Below are positions 1 to 31,157 of a stretch of 64,000 nucleotides of DNA, in pieces. Below the pieces are notes generated by a model that was not told the origin of the DNA, ran no database searches, and saw nothing but the letters and a program-made list of their open reading frames with translations. The stretch is taken from assembly GCA_030141605.1 (NCBI GenBank), contig JAQGDQ010001066.1, positions 1-64,000 on the forward strand, in the 5' to 3' direction. The DNA comes from Tubiluchus corallicola (lineage: Eukaryota; Animalia; Priapulida). Each line of letters opens with the position of its first letter. Positions within the stretch are counted from its first letter, which is position 1. The translations under genes were made by a program, and so were the position numbers.

Positions 1-141
<141 letters not shown>

Positions 142-312
142 TGTAATAATAGAAGATACCAAATGAACGAATGAGCAAATGACGAAAACGAACGAATGAC
201 GATCAAAATAAAGAAACTAATCAATGGATTAACCACCAGACGAAAGAAGTCGAATGAAGGATTGAAAAAAAACGAATGAAGACCTGAATCTCTCCCCTTT
301 GTATTTTTTCAG

Positions 313-17608
<17,296 letters not shown>

Positions 17609-18885
17609 GCAACATCCAGAATTCTACGTTTCCATCTTTAGCTGTTGCAAACACCCTAGCAGCCATCTTGGTTGCAGATCGTGTTGTTGCGCCAACCGCA
17701 TGGCTATGCCCTATTTTGACAAGCAGCCATATTGCTGCTTTGTAAGTGCACCCGCCCATGGCAGACATGTTTGCGTGACGCACACTTGTTGCGTCTCGGA
17801 TCACCGTGGCAACTGTGCTGGTGGGATTGTTGCAGCCATGATGACTTTATGAATTCTTGTTTGCTGATATCCAAACGGCTCAGACTGCTAATTGCACCTG
17901 AGCCTTAAGACCTAAAATTAAACAAAAGAATTCAACCAGTTTTTTGCAGTTGTAAGCATTCTCATAATATTTGGACATGAATCCAACAATAAAGTTGGTG
18001 TGCATTCTTTTTATTTTGGAGTTTTAGATTTCGTCGGTTGTAATTATGATTTTTATGAGTTGGCCGGATTGTTTTGCATGTTATCTGCTTTTCATAGATG
18101 TAGGGGCAGTAAAACGGCCCAAGAATGTAAAAAGGGATGACTTTTTAAGTTGCTGCTATTCATAACAGGTCAGTAATACTTTAGATTTTTGTTAGCAAGC
18201 TTGTACGAATCGAGTTTTATGCTTTAAACTATCTATGCGATTTGAAAGGACAACTGACTGTTTTTTTTCAGTTTCAATTTGAAATGATTAAATTTTGAAA
18301 AAAAAGGTATTTTTGTATTTCACTTTGCAGTGACGGCTGCTGAAAGGATTGGCCTGTTTTGGTTGAGTGAAATATGCATTGAATAAATTGTTAGTATAAG
18401 TTTAACTAATAATTTCATGTAGATCAAATTAACAGCAAAATAGACTTAAAAAGCGACTGAGCATCGTGGAAGTTTCTTTCTGAAAGTTGTCAATGGTGCA
18501 TTGGGGCAAGAGGAAAAGAAAGAGAAGAGATGGGTGGGGTGAGGGAGGGAAGACAGTGAGAGTGAGTGAGTGAGAAAGAGAGAGCAAAAAGGGGGAAATC
18601 GGTTAGGGGGAGAGAGAGAGAGAAAGTGAGATTAAGAACGGAACACAGAGAGCTAGAGAGTGGATGGGAGAAAAGTGAGAGAGTGTAACTTAAAAGGAAA
18701 AGGAAAGAGAGCACGAGAAAGAGAACGATGTGAATAAACTGCGAGGTGAAAGCCAAAATAACAGACAAAAAATTACACACAGTCGCATGGAAATCCAGCA
18801 GATCAATGAAGCTAAATATTTTGCTTTTAACATTCTGAAACCATTCATGATTGCAAATTACGTTACATTAGTACTTGAATGAAAA

Positions 18886-19530
18886 ATGATTGCAGAAGTC
18901 GTCTTCTTGTAAAAAGAATGATTGTACACGTCGTCTTTTTGTAAGAAGCATGATTGTACAGGTCGTCTTCTTGTAAGAACAATGATTGTACACGTCGTCT
19001 TCTTGTAAGAAGCATGATTGTACAGGTCGTCTTCTTGTAAGAACAATGATTGTACACGTCGTCTTCTTGTAAGAAGCATGATTGTACACGTCGTCTTCTT
19101 GTAAGAAGAATGATTGCACACGTCGTCTTCTTGTAAGAAGAATGGTTGTAGAAGTCGTCTTCTTGTAAGAAGAATGATTGTAGAAGTCCTCGAGTTGTAA
19201 GAAGAATGATTGTAGAAGTCCTCGACTTGTAAGAAGAATGATTGTAGAAGTCCTCGACTTGTAAGAAGAATGATTGTAGATGTCCTCTCTTATAAGAATG
19301 ACTGTAGACGTCTTCGTCTTGTAACAATGATTGTAGAACTCTTCATTTTTTGTATGAAGAATGGTTGTAGATGTCTTCTTGTAAGAAGAATGATTGTAGA
19401 ATTCTTAACCTTGTAAGAAGAAAGTTTGTTGATGTCTTCTTCTTGTAAGAATGATTTTAGAAGTCTTCATCTTGTAAGAAGGATGGTTGTACATGTCCTC
19501 TTGTCTGAAAAATGATTGTAAAAGGAGTTT
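18886..19530. repeat. 31-bp minisatellite, degenerating 3'
   Basis: ATGATTGTACACGTCGTCTTCTTGTAAGAAG unit. Confidence 0.9.
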
Positions 19531-20773
19531 TATCCTTGTATGAATAATGTGTAAAAATAAACAATTTTAAACAGTAAAGAGACGAATGGCATTTGCTGCT
19601 CCTGTAGCACCTTTAAATGATTCCATCCATAATTACGAATTTGACCTCCATTTGAAATGTACTTAAAGTAATTACTGAAAAGGGTAGTATGACAATTCAA
19701 ATGTATCAAATAACATCTTTAAAACTACAATATCGTCTAAAAGAAACCTTCCCCCAACAAGGCAAATTAACTTGTAGCTCTTCGTCAATTAAAGGTATTT
19801 GTAAAAGGAGCCCATCAACAACGTGTAACTCTTTTCAAAGAGTTAAAAATTTATTTCCCTTCAAGATCCTGTGAAGTGCCGCTAAGGTGCCTTTTCTAAC
19901 TGGTGCTCCTCTAGAAACGGCAGTTGAAAAACTTCCCGAAGTGACCGATTAACCGGCCGCCAGGATGTGTTTTCTACAGGGTTTTCTGGCAATGAGCAAA
20001 ATTTTTCAGCTTTTTCACCACCCGTTTCTAGGGGAACACCAGTTAGAAGAGATGCCGTAGTGCTGCACGATGGGATCCTTGAGGAAAATTTATTTCCCTA
20101 CGTGGTTGGCAAGTGACGATGGTCACCTTTGCAATGACCCGGAAGAAAGGTCACGAATTAGTTTGCAGGAACGTTTGTTTAGGAACCCAGCTAGAATAGC
20201 CTTTGCAATTTGAGATTTCTGATATTATGCCGATGCCAAAACGTTCTTTATTAAAAAAATGAACAATATTATGGAGCTTGCCTGAAGTAACTGATGAACC
20301 TCGAGATATTTATTCATTAAACTATTTGGAATTTGATAATTATCCAGTATTTTACTAACAAAAAGCAAGAGCTTTCAATGAAATTTATTTTTGAGGTAGG
20401 TCCCTGCTATTTTTCTATAAATTGGGTTAAATTTTGATGTAAAAAGTAAGGTTAAAATTAAAAAAATCATTCAAAGCTTTAAAATGCTGTACAAGCAGCA
20501 AACGCTGTTCGTCTTATGATTTTTCTTGCTGTGGTAAATGATAAGATTAGAATTACGGCTTTGCGAAAATCCACTTGTCGTATTGGAAAAAAATTCGACC
20601 TCGAAACTTAAAATTTTGACCTCTTTTTGAAATTTTGTTTAGTTCAGAAGATGCCATTGTATTTGTTAGCTTTCACAGCTTTTCTAGGACATAGCTATAA
20701 TTGTGAAACTGTTTCAAATAAATTTTGATGTTAAGTTATAGAGATTTCTGTCACTTTTTTACCTGCTTCGTAA

Positions 20774-21364
20774 CAGTGGCGGCTCGTAGCTAAAATTAGT
20801 GGGGGTGCTGCTTGAGAAAATTTTTAGCCATTATTTTAATACTGTGTAAAACATGGCAAAGATATGTAATTTAAACGTGATACTTATATTCATGTTTGAA
20901 GATCGGGTGTTTAACGGCCTCTTTTCTTAACTGGAACTTTCTCATGGAGAAACAACTTTGAAAAATTAAGCTGTTGTAGTTCACTTACAGTAACAAAACT
21001 TATTTCTTTATGCAAGGCGTTCGTTATTAAATAATTTATGTTTTAAGCACACACGCTAAGTTTACATTTCATCTCATCCAAGAATATGACGGTACTGTTA
21101 CTGGTCCAAAAATATGACATGGTAGACACAGAACTTTTCTATCTAGCTGCAGACGATACCGTACAGCGTGTTATCTAAGACATGCGCACAACAGCCAAAC
21201 ACCACGTTACTTAGGCTGTGAAGCAAACGGTACTTCCCTCACATGCTCAGGTTCTGCACAAGTATAAAAAAGAACTAAAGAAAAAGACATTATATTGATA
21301 CTATCGATAATAATGATATGAAAACAGAGGGAGTACCACAGTACCTACAGACGAGCTGCCACTG
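20774..21364. mobile_element. hAT-like MITE
   Basis: TIR CAGTGGCGGCTCGT / ACGAGCTGCCACTG; imperfect 8-bp TSD CTTCGTAA / CTTCATAG. Confidence 0.7.
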
Positions 21365-21714
21365 CTTCATAGTATATATCTGTTATGCGCCTCAGAAAGT
21401 TAACCGAGTTTCAGTCTGGTTAGCATGTTGCTGATCAGTTAATGCAAATTAATAACAGCCCTTAACACAGTAACTTCAATAAGTGCGTGTGCGTGTTATT
21501 AATTTGCATTAAGTGATCAGCAACATGCTAACCAGACAGAATCTCGGTTAACTTTCTAAAGCACATAACAGATATGTACTATGAAGCAGTGGCAGCTCGT
21601 GTATAGGTGCTGTGGTACTCCCCCTGCTTTCACTCATTATTATCGATAATATCAATATAATAAATCTTTTTTCCTTAGTTCTTTTTTATACTTTTGCAGA
21701 ACCGGAGCACGTGA
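21238..21714. repeat. Fold-back inverted repeat: arms about 220 bp, spacer about 36 bp
   Basis: 21238-21457 is the reverse complement of 21494-21714. Confidence 0.88.
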
Positions 21715-22039
21715 GCGTGTGCGTGAGCGGGTAAAATAGCTAGCGCACAGCTTTCAAATCAAATGCAGCCCCAAAGACACATTAATTAGCAGGCCAAAAC
21801 TGTTTTAAAAAAAAGCCACTTTAGTGTAGAATCCACAGAAATTTGGAAATTTTTTCGTGAAAAGAGAACTTTCTAAGCTGGATAAATCATTAGAGAAAAA
21901 ATATCTCTTGTTAAGGCAAATGTATAACGTTTCTGCTTGAGAGTACAATGAGTAGGCATTTGGGCCCAGATTCGTGTGTCTGTCATAACTTTATGCGTCA
22001 TAACGTCAAAACATTGTCTTAAGACACCTCTAAGACATT

Positions 22040-22290
22040 CACAGCCACAGCCACAGTCACAGCCACAACCACAGCCACAGTCACAGCCACAGCCACTGTC
22101 ACAGTAACAGCCACAGACACAGCTACAACCACAGCCACAGTCACAGCCACACCCACGGCCACAGCCACAGCCACAGTCACAGTCACAGTCACAGCCACAG
22201 CCACTTGTACAGCAACAAAATTTCTTATTTTATGCATGATATAATTTGTTCTTGAAGCGTGCAGACAGTACCAATAAGTGGTCTTTTTTG
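22040..22290. repeat. Element with (ACAGCC/ACAGTC)n hexamer tract; inverted copy at about 25735-26020
   Basis: Hexamer tract plus about 100 bp of unique sequence (GTACAGCAACAAAATTTCTTATTTT...GCAGTACTG) present in both orientations. Confidence 0.8.
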
Positions 22291-23744
22291 CAGTACTGTT
22301 GGTCTTGTAATTCATTACGTCATACTATTCATGTAGCCGTCTTTGGTGCACGTAGGTCCATCTCGCTAGTTGTAACTTCACTCCTAGTTGGAATTCATAA
22401 AAGTGTCTTAGAGGTCAGCTTCTTGAATTTGATCAAAACGTTGGTCTGAACGTGTTTCGTAGGCACCAATAATCTGCATATTGAAATTTTGATCAAACAG
22501 CTTGCAGAAGAAAGGTCCTGGTGGCACCTGCTCGGACTCTCGAAAGGAGATACGTGGCTCTTTAGAAAGAGCAAGAACAGGGCTACAGGATGATGTGAGC
22601 TATATTTTAGTACATGTCCACCAAGAGGAGTGGCGACGAGTTAATTAGATGTTCTATTTTTGGCAATTTTCGATTGGAAGCTGCTGACGCAAAGCCATTG
22701 TTCTGACGACATCCATTATACTCTGCTTATAACTTTAATTCAGTAAAAGCTGCTACTGGCTGCGTTGTAAATGAGGACTATGTAGGATGTTCGCATATTT
22801 TTGATTATGAGTGTATTTATATGCAAAATTTTTTGCAGTGCCTTTGCTAGTATTATATTATTATATGCAAGTAGAAACAGAGATGTGTGCATTACAATCA
22901 GATTTGCTATATCAGGTTTCCTCTCTTGCTGTTCGTTTGTACATTGTTTTATAGTATGTGCATGCCTTTGTGTGCACGTATCTTGGGTCCTCCAATAATT
23001 TGCTTTTTTGCAAGTAGTGCCTATATAAATTTCGTAAGTGACATTGCTTTTAAGCACGCTTTAACTAAAGGCATACCTTTTTGCCAATATAATAGTAATT
23101 AAATTCGTTAAATTATTCATATTATGCAATTCCTAACAATTATTACCTAATTGTTAATTTTTTCCCATTTTTCTGCAATTTCCGATTTAAAATCCAACAG
23201 CAAATTTGAATTCATATTTTTGTTTGCTAAAAACAAGTTAACAAATACATAGATGTAATATAATTTAACATTTTCAAACACTTATAATTTGACATTGACA
23301 TTTGTAGGTTGCAGAATAGATAAAATTGGTTTATATTGTTTTCAATGCACCTGTTTGCGCAACCTGCGCATGCGTTACACTGCTTAGGCAGCCATTACCT
23401 ATTGACTTCCGCAGGTGGAAGACGCATCCACATCCACGTGCCACTCAGACGCCAGTTAAGAGAATATTTAAATTCAAATGTTTCATAGGCTAATGTATGC
23501 AATAATTTCTGAACCAATTATCATGCTTTTGGTTTCAACAATCACCTACATGGCAAAATGGGCAAACATAACACAATGAATTTGAGGTTTTTCTAAAAAT
23601 TGCAAAAAATACAATTGTTGTTTTTTTCGTATCTTTATTAATATAGGAAATCCTATACTGTAATGATACCTTTATTATAAAGACATAATATATGCCACCA
23701 CATACTTTAAAATGTTAATACTTCCATGAGAAATTCGTTTCTTA

Positions 23745-24395
23745 TTTAAATAAAAACTGCACAAAACAGTCTTAAATATTTCTTCCACGAAAACATTGTT
23801 AAATGAAAACCACATGAAACAGTCTTAAACCTCTTTCACGAGAACATTGCTAAATGAAAACTGCACAAAACTGTCTTAAATATTTCTTCCACGAAAACAT
23901 TGTTATATGAAAACCACATGAAACAGTCTTAAACCTCTTTCATGAGAACATTGCTAAATGAAAACTGCACAAAACTGTCTTAAATATTTCTTCCACGAAA
24001 ACATTGTTATATGAAAACCACATGAAACAGTCTTAAACCTCTTTCACGAGAACATTGCTAAATGAAAACTGCACAAAACTGTCTTAAATATTTCTTCCAC
24101 GAAAACATTGTTATATGAAAACCACATGAAACAGTCTTAAACCTCTTTCATGAGGAAATTATTAAATGAAACCACACAGATTAGTCTTAAATCTTTCTTT
24201 CGCGAAAACATTGTTATATGAAAACCACGCAGAACTGTCTTAAATATTTCTTTTGCCTGAACATTGTTAAATCAAAATAACACAAAACAGTCTTAAATAT
24301 TTCTTTCACGAGAACATTGCTAAATGAAAACTGCATAAAACAATCTTAAATCTTTCTTTCACGAGAACGTAGCTAAATTAAAACTGCACAAAACA
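23745..24395. repeat. Satellite with a 104-bp dimer (53 + 51 bp related monomers)
   Basis: Alternating ...ACTGCACAAAACTGTCTTAAATATTTC... and ...ACCACATGAAACAGTCTTAAACCTC... units. Confidence 0.88.
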
Positions 24396-25109
24396 GATAT
24401 ATTTCTTTTACATATATATTATACAACCTAACGATCTCCAAATTTTCATCTGTAATCAGTATCTATAATATGGATATTCCGTAGTACCTGATGTAAGCTC
24501 ATTTAGATGTTTCTCATTAACCGATGTTTTATCATGTATGTCCTTGACAGCTGCCGTGATGGCCTCCCATTCTCGCTTGGTCATTCTACGGAGACAATGG
24601 TTTTGTGTGTCGGTTCCTTGAAAGGGGCAAGTGCTGGGACTATAGAAAGACACATCACCAAATGTGGTTGTCTTATCACCTATCCAACTGATTAAGTCAC
24701 CATTGATGGTATAACAGGTCTGAGCCATCTTGGCTGGAAAATACACAGTGCTTCGTTAATTAGAAAATTTATCAATGTTGACAATGCGAAAAAGTACTTG
24801 ATTAGAAGACTGTTATCTAAATGATGAAGATGTTTCAAGAAATTTGCCAAATTGCAAGTAATTATAGCAAGTCAATTCATACAGGCACTCATTGTATCAG
24901 AAAAAAAACACTCTTATTAGAAACTTGTAAAATGTTAAAAAAACACTTTAAAAAAGGCTGTCGTCTCTTCATTTTAAGGCTGATTTTTACAACTATTGTG
25001 CGCACAATCTTCAGTTTCTGACCACGTCAGAAACACCTTCAACTAGTCATTTTTATCATCTTTGCAAGCCTTGTAAGCAGCATTTTCATGGAAATTTAAA
25101 TTTCACATT

Positions 25110-25330
25110 CTTTGCTTTTCTACTTTTCTGAGAGAATCAACTTTTTCATAGCACTTCGTTATACTGCCACTCACTGAAAAGTGCCGTCTGGCAGCGGACC
25201 ACCCCCCTGCCCTCCCTCCAGCTACATCACTGTTCCTTAGACTGGCTCGCTTTTCGCGTTTACAGTAGCAACACGCGAATTTATAGAAACTTGGAAGTTT
25301 GGATCGCCCATAAATGTTGTATTGTTCAAC
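25110..25330 (-). mobile_element. Possible degraded hAT transposase C-terminal dimerisation fragment
   Basis: LPSFYKFA...SAARRHFSVSGSI resembles the hATC P.L..LA...S...ER.FS..G.I motif. Confidence 0.3.
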
Positions 25331-26155
25331 GCTTACCAATCTGAACAGCAGGCAGAATTGAGGAAAATACCACAACATCCGAGACGTATCCGGTGTAATC
25401 AGAAAAATCCGGAAGAAATGCGGGACGTGCATCACCAATTTCAACCGTTAATTTTGTGTGAAAGTCGATTGGAACAAATCCAAAATTATCTAAAAAGTAA
25501 AAAACCATTGAAACCTTTTATATAATATTTGATATTATATAATCTCAAGTAGACTGTTTCCCTACATTACGGATACAAACAAATTATTTCTATGTAAGTG
25601 GAGGGTTTTCTTGTGCTTTATCGAATCTTACCTTTAGAAACGCCGTCAAAATATAATTCCCAACCTCCTCCCATTCCTTCGTACGTGAGACAAAGGTGGT
25701 GCCAGTCACCATTTAATAGTTCTTCAAGAATTCCTCCTACAGTACTGCAAAAAAGACCATTTATTGGTACTATCTGCACGCTTCAAGAACAAATTATATC
25801 ATTCATAAAATAAGAAATTTTGTTGCTGTACATGTGGCTGTGGCTCTGGTTCTGGCTGTGGCTGTGGCTGTGACTGTGGCTGTGGCTGTGACTGTGACTG
25901 TGGCTGTGACTGTGGCTGTGGCTGTAACTGTGACTGTAGCTGTGACTGTGGCTGTGAGTGTGACTGTGGCTGTAACTGTGGCTGTGACTGTGGCTGTTGC
26001 TGTGGCTGTGACTGCAGTTGTTCTCAATCCCCCAATAAAGATATGATATAAAGATATTAACTAACCCTGTAGATAGTGCGGCAGGACCAGAGTCTACCTA
26101 TATTTCAAGTATATATATATATATATATATATATTTATAGCATATATATATATAG

Positions 26156-26520
26156 TGCGGCAAACTAGTACCATATACCTGTTATAGCATGTCACAAAAT
26201 AAAATACACAAAAATTACACTGTACGGAGTTCATTATCAGCACTAATAAAAACAGGGAACAAAATACACGTGCACAAAAAATAATTGTTAACTAACTCAG
26301 TAACAGCACTACACTCGAGGAGCACCTGTGTCAGAAATCAAGGCTGTAGTGACCTCTTCACGCTTTTATACTGGCATTCCAGGTCAGCTGGCTTCTCACA
26401 CCACGTGTAGGCCCAAACAAGACGTCTGGACCTACAAGAAAGGGGTGAGTCACTGCTGACGTGGAAGCAGGGCGTGTAGAGGGCCCTACACCTGACCCGA
26501 CACCAGGTGCCTCCGTAACA
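26156..26520 (-). mobile_element. Solo LTR-like element, copy 1, inserted in a TA microsatellite
   Basis: Reverse complement of 40643-41009; TG...CA ends. Confidence 0.65.
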
Positions 26521-28174
26521 TTATATATATAAATATATATATATATAATAGTATATATGTATGTACTGTATATCATGTATTTCGCAAATTTATGCAATAC
26601 GCAATACAGAAGTGGATAGACATAATTATTAACAATAGAAATGTATAAATAATATGGAAATAATACACAATTTTTAATTAGTTATTGGTAAATGTAAAGG
26701 CATCTCATTCATATGTGGTAATCAATGGCCACGCCCAATGTATCAAACCATTACAGTGTAGACCTGTCACAACGTTTTTTCATCACTATAACAATACTTA
26801 CAATGTACTAGCCGTTCCCATGCCATTATCCATGCGAATTGCTAGCCCGGCTGGTTTAACGGTTGATTGAAGCTGAATTTCAAATCCATTTTTACCCCTA
26901 AGAACAGCATAAATCCGTTTGTCCTGTACTGCAGCTTGGAAGGGATTTAACCACTAAATAAAAAATAATAAATAAATAAATAAAATAAAATAAATAATAA
27001 ATAACAGATGAAGGTTGTTGGTGTCAAGCAATTTAACCTAGCATTCTATAATTATTTGTTTTCTTTCCGTATTTTTACAAACATGCATTTCCTGAAAATG
27101 TTTAAAACGAAGCCAAGCTTAGTCATGTGACCTAAGCTTTAGTAGTGTACACCACCTATCAATCACACTTATTCTTACACGTAGTTAGATTTTCTGTTGC
27201 CGCTATGCTGATCATGCCGTTTGGTGATACTTGCATTGCTTTGTCTATTTTGTTGCAATTTAACAGTCACTAATTGTCTTTTCAAGCCAAAGTTGTCACC
27301 AGTAAATGTAAGTCGCCATCTGCTTTAATAATTAGTTAATAGTTTAAATTGGTTAGAATTGCTTCAAATCTCAAGAATCATGAAGTAATAATTTTTGTTT
27401 CAGTCTTCTTAAATCTAACTTTTCATTTTGTCTAAATAGTAATAACCTTTAGCACGTTCTTAAGCACTTTTTGTGATCTGTTATTTTAATAAATTGCAGG
27501 TCTATCGCGCAGTTCAATACTGATTTTTGCCGTTTTATTGCCTGGACTGGGCGCATCCACAAAGGTCATTACAAATATGGCAGTGTTGATATTATTGCCT
27601 GGTCGTAATTAATGACTTGCATATTTTGTACGATTTTTATAAATTAGTTTTTATCATGGGGGTATCGAGACTTCTCGACGCCCTAAGCTGGTAGATCTGT
27701 CCCTCCCATCTGTGTCGTGAATTTACCATTGATTATGCACAGAACAGATTGAACAATTACTTGCGGTGTATTAGCAATACTATTAACCTAACCTCTCATT
27801 GTTAATTACGTGTATATGAATAGCGCTTATATATAAGCAGGCCAGGCAACTGCTTGTTGTGTAGTACATTGTGCTTGTTCGTTATGTGGCACTTATATAG
27901 CAAATGGTGCCAGTAAGTGCCTGTGGTGTGCTATATAATGTTCGTTTTACACGAGCACTTGAACATGTTCAACTTGCTGCTGTCAAAATTTTTGCTGAGG
28001 AGTTGGGCCTTTCGGGCACATCAGTTAGTGAAATGATCGTGCCCTTGAGATGGAGCTGCCCTCTAACTCACGCGCACCCGTTCTTGAATATTTTTGCTCT
28101 TGGTATCATTTTCATAGCTTGAAGTAAACATTTGCAAATTCTTTGACCATTGACAAACAAAAGATAACAATTAG

Positions 28175-28562
28175 AATGGCAACAGCAACAATGGCAACAG
28201 CAACAATAGCAACAGCAACAATGGCAACAACAACAATTGCAACAGCAACGATTGCAATACCAACAATGGCAACAGCAACAATGGCAACAACAACAATTGC
28301 AACAACAACAATGAAAACAGTAATAATGGCAACTGCAACAGCAAAGCAACGATGGCAACAGCAACAATGGCAACAGCAACAATTGCTACAACAACAGTTG
28401 CAACAGCAAAAATGGCAACAGCAACATTGGCAACAGCAACAAAGACAACGGCAACAATGGCAACAGCAACAGCCAAGCAAGGATGGCAACTGCAATAATG
28501 GCGACATCAACAACAATGACAACAACAACAACAGTGGCAATGACAATGACAATAACAACAAT
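28175..28562. repeat. Degenerate 15-bp (GCAACAGCAACAATG)n / CAA-rich repeat
   Basis: Direct inspection. Confidence 0.85.
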
Positions 28563-29012
28563 GTGAGCTAAAAGAACTTATCATTAGTTGCTTGAAATCA
28601 CAGTACAATAATCAAAATCTTTACCATACAAAAAGTTATTTCGTCAATAACACTTGGCAAATGTGGAGTTTCCAATACTAATTTGTTTGTTTCAGTGGAG
28701 TCAGCAGCAGAGAAAATTGCCATAAATCCGTTCAGGGCTCTGCAGTTAACAAAATTATCTGAAAAGAAACAACGATAAGTTGCTCATTTGTTCAATGTTA
28801 CACGTGCTGTCAAAACATAGGGTACATTAGGATAGTGGCAACCAGTTTCTGTGCACTCAACAAAACATGTCACGTGAGCTAGTTCTTGTTTTTAATAGTG
28901 TTCTGTAGCTAATCAGCAGAGCCATCATTGTTCAGCTACATATGTTTCCCTTGCTTTAATTGTCTGTCACCTGCATCAGCAACAAATTTCAAGAAGGGAT
29001 AGGTATCAAAGT

Positions 29013-29213
29013 TTGTATCAACAAACTAAGGTTGTTATGTTTGATAAATTAAATGAAATACTTCTGCCCGAAAACCTTAATATAACTGTCTTAGGAACTA
29101 ATGATCTGTTGAAGTTGTTATTATTCGGAAAAGATGAATTTAACTATGTTGCTAACTGTAAAATATTCCAATGCATACATGACTTTAAATTACGTGCTAA
29201 ACGCTTCCAGTAG
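29013..29213 (+). mobile_element. 3'-terminal fragment of a CR1/L2-group LINE ORF2
   Basis: LLLFG.....N.KIF..I..F...AKRF* C-terminal motif followed by a tandem-repeat tail. Confidence 0.5.
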
Positions 29214-29292
29214 TTTCTATCTGATATGAAATGCATCAGTCTTAAATATTCGTACATTAATATTCTCTAACCGTCATTTTCTGCGAATGTTT

Positions 29293-29580
29293 AATGTAAT
29301 CTTGTAGTAAAACTTGTCAGCTCGTGCAGGCATAGTCTATTCTTACTGTAAATGTTACTAAAGTCTAACGTAATCTTGTAGCGAAACTTGTCAGCTTGTA
29401 TAGATATAGTCAATTATTACTGTAAATGTTACTAATGCCTAATGTAATCTTGTAGTAAAACTTGTCAGCTTGTGCAGGTATAGTCTATTCTTACTGTAAA
29501 TGTTACTAAAGTCTAATGTAATCTTGTAGTAAAACTTGTCAGCTTGTGTAGGTATAGTCAATTCTTACAGTAAATGTTTT
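29293..29580. repeat. 74-bp tandem repeat, about 4 copies
   Basis: AATGTAATCTTGTAGTAAAACTTGTCAGC... recurs at about 29294, 29367, 29441, 29515. Confidence 0.85.
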
Positions 29581-30012
29581 TATAAATAGTGTCAATCGAC
29601 TGTTGTGGTGAGGATCCTAAATCATGTTGTTCAAACTGTCTGATCCAATCCTATAACAAATTGTGTTTAAACTAAACTAAGGGTTTATGTAAAACCAGGA
29701 AAAGTTGGACTGTTTATGATATTTGGAAATTGGTGAAAATAATGTATTATAATTTTCACGCAAACTCATCTGAACCATTTTAGACCTCAGTGATTACGTT
29801 TACTAAAAAAGCTTTTAATTTTAGTAACTAAAACACGATTATCTAAACTTGCTTAAACTATGCACACCTGCTTGTAGGCCTCACATGAAGGGATTCAGTT
29901 GTGATACCAAACCACTGAAACTTTGGATAGTACTTTGATTATGCTGGTGATATGTTGGAACTGTCTATAGTGTTGAAAGTGCATATCTAAGTTGTAAAAA
30001 CTTCTGGACCAA

Positions 30013-30251
30013 ATGGTTAGTAAAACATTCCTTCAAGAACTCGAGACGAGGTACACACTTCCGGTATTTCAGACTGTCATTGAAGCGTATCGAAAGCAGT
30101 ATCGATTGTACTCTCAATACTACAAAGACAATCTGAAATATTGGAAGTGTATTCTATGTCTTGCCTTCTTGGAGGAATGTTTTGCTAATCATTTGGTCCC
30201 GAAATTATTACATTTTAGTGAGCAGTTTCGAGACTACAAGGAAATCTGTCT
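30013..30251 (+). mobile_element. Possible degraded 5' part of a Penelope-like element ORF, interrupted by the SINE-like insertion
   Basis: LAFLEECFANHLVPKLLHF resembles the FL..C....L.PK.L.F motif at the N-terminus of PLE ORFs; a single motif only. Confidence 0.35.
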
Positions 30252-30709
30252 GTTGTTGTTGTTGGTGGCATCCGTCTGTCTCGGAAGACAATGGAGTGTG
30301 AGCCAAGAGAGTCAGTTATTGATCATATCGGTGGAGCTGCAGCGTCGACTGTGGCTGAGTAATCCGATCCTTGAACCACTGGAGTGGTCTCTCCAGGGCG
30401 CACGCCTGGCAAGGTGTATGGAGATCCTGAGTTGCCCAGACAACAGGAACCCCTTTTCTTCCTCGCTGGTGTAGTCCAAAGGAAAGCGGAGTTATACGTT
30501 TGGCACCAGGTTGGCTGCAGGAGCTGCCGGAGTCAGTGAGCATGCTGCACTGGTCCGCCTTCGGGGCTCCACTCCTGATTTGGAAGGGTTAATCCTCTAC
30601 ACATGGCCGTTGGGTCACTTGACCTCCTCCGCCCTCTAGTTGTTGGCTGCCTGTGCAGCTCCTCCGCCTAGTGTCGAGATACAGTGTGGGCATCCCACCT
30701 GGCATACGA
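30252..30709 (-). mobile_element. Non-coding RTE-related short retroposon (SINE-like), copy 2
   Basis: (CAA)n tail, TSD AAATCTGTCT at 30242-30251 and 30710-30719; homologous to 12002-12432. Confidence 0.78.
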
Positions 30710-31089
30710 AAATCTGTCTACAGTATGCCTAATCTTAATACAAGCTGACTGGAGAGGTGACTTGCCACAACTAGGCGAGTGCTGGAATCTTAGGAAAAAT
30801 AGTGAAATAAGAGGACATGTGAAAGAAAGTCATTTCCTAGTCCATGTTGCTAAATGCTGCACCGATTGATGGTAACACTAATGAAACTGCCGGTGTTTTG
30901 CTGGTATGAGCAGTAAGCTACGTCTTCTTCTATATTTTATTCACACCCAACAATTAAATATAGTCTATAACAAAATAACGATATACTATATCTTCTATAG
31001 TATATACTATATATATATATATGTGTGTATACTATATACTACATACCACATACACAGTATATATTCATATATATATATATATATATATA

Positions 31090-31157
<68 letters not shown>

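Noticed and set aside
19700-20250. Degenerate palindrome centred near 19970 (similar case at about 38360-39040)
   Set aside because: Probably old MITEs; ends and TSDs could not be defined by eye.
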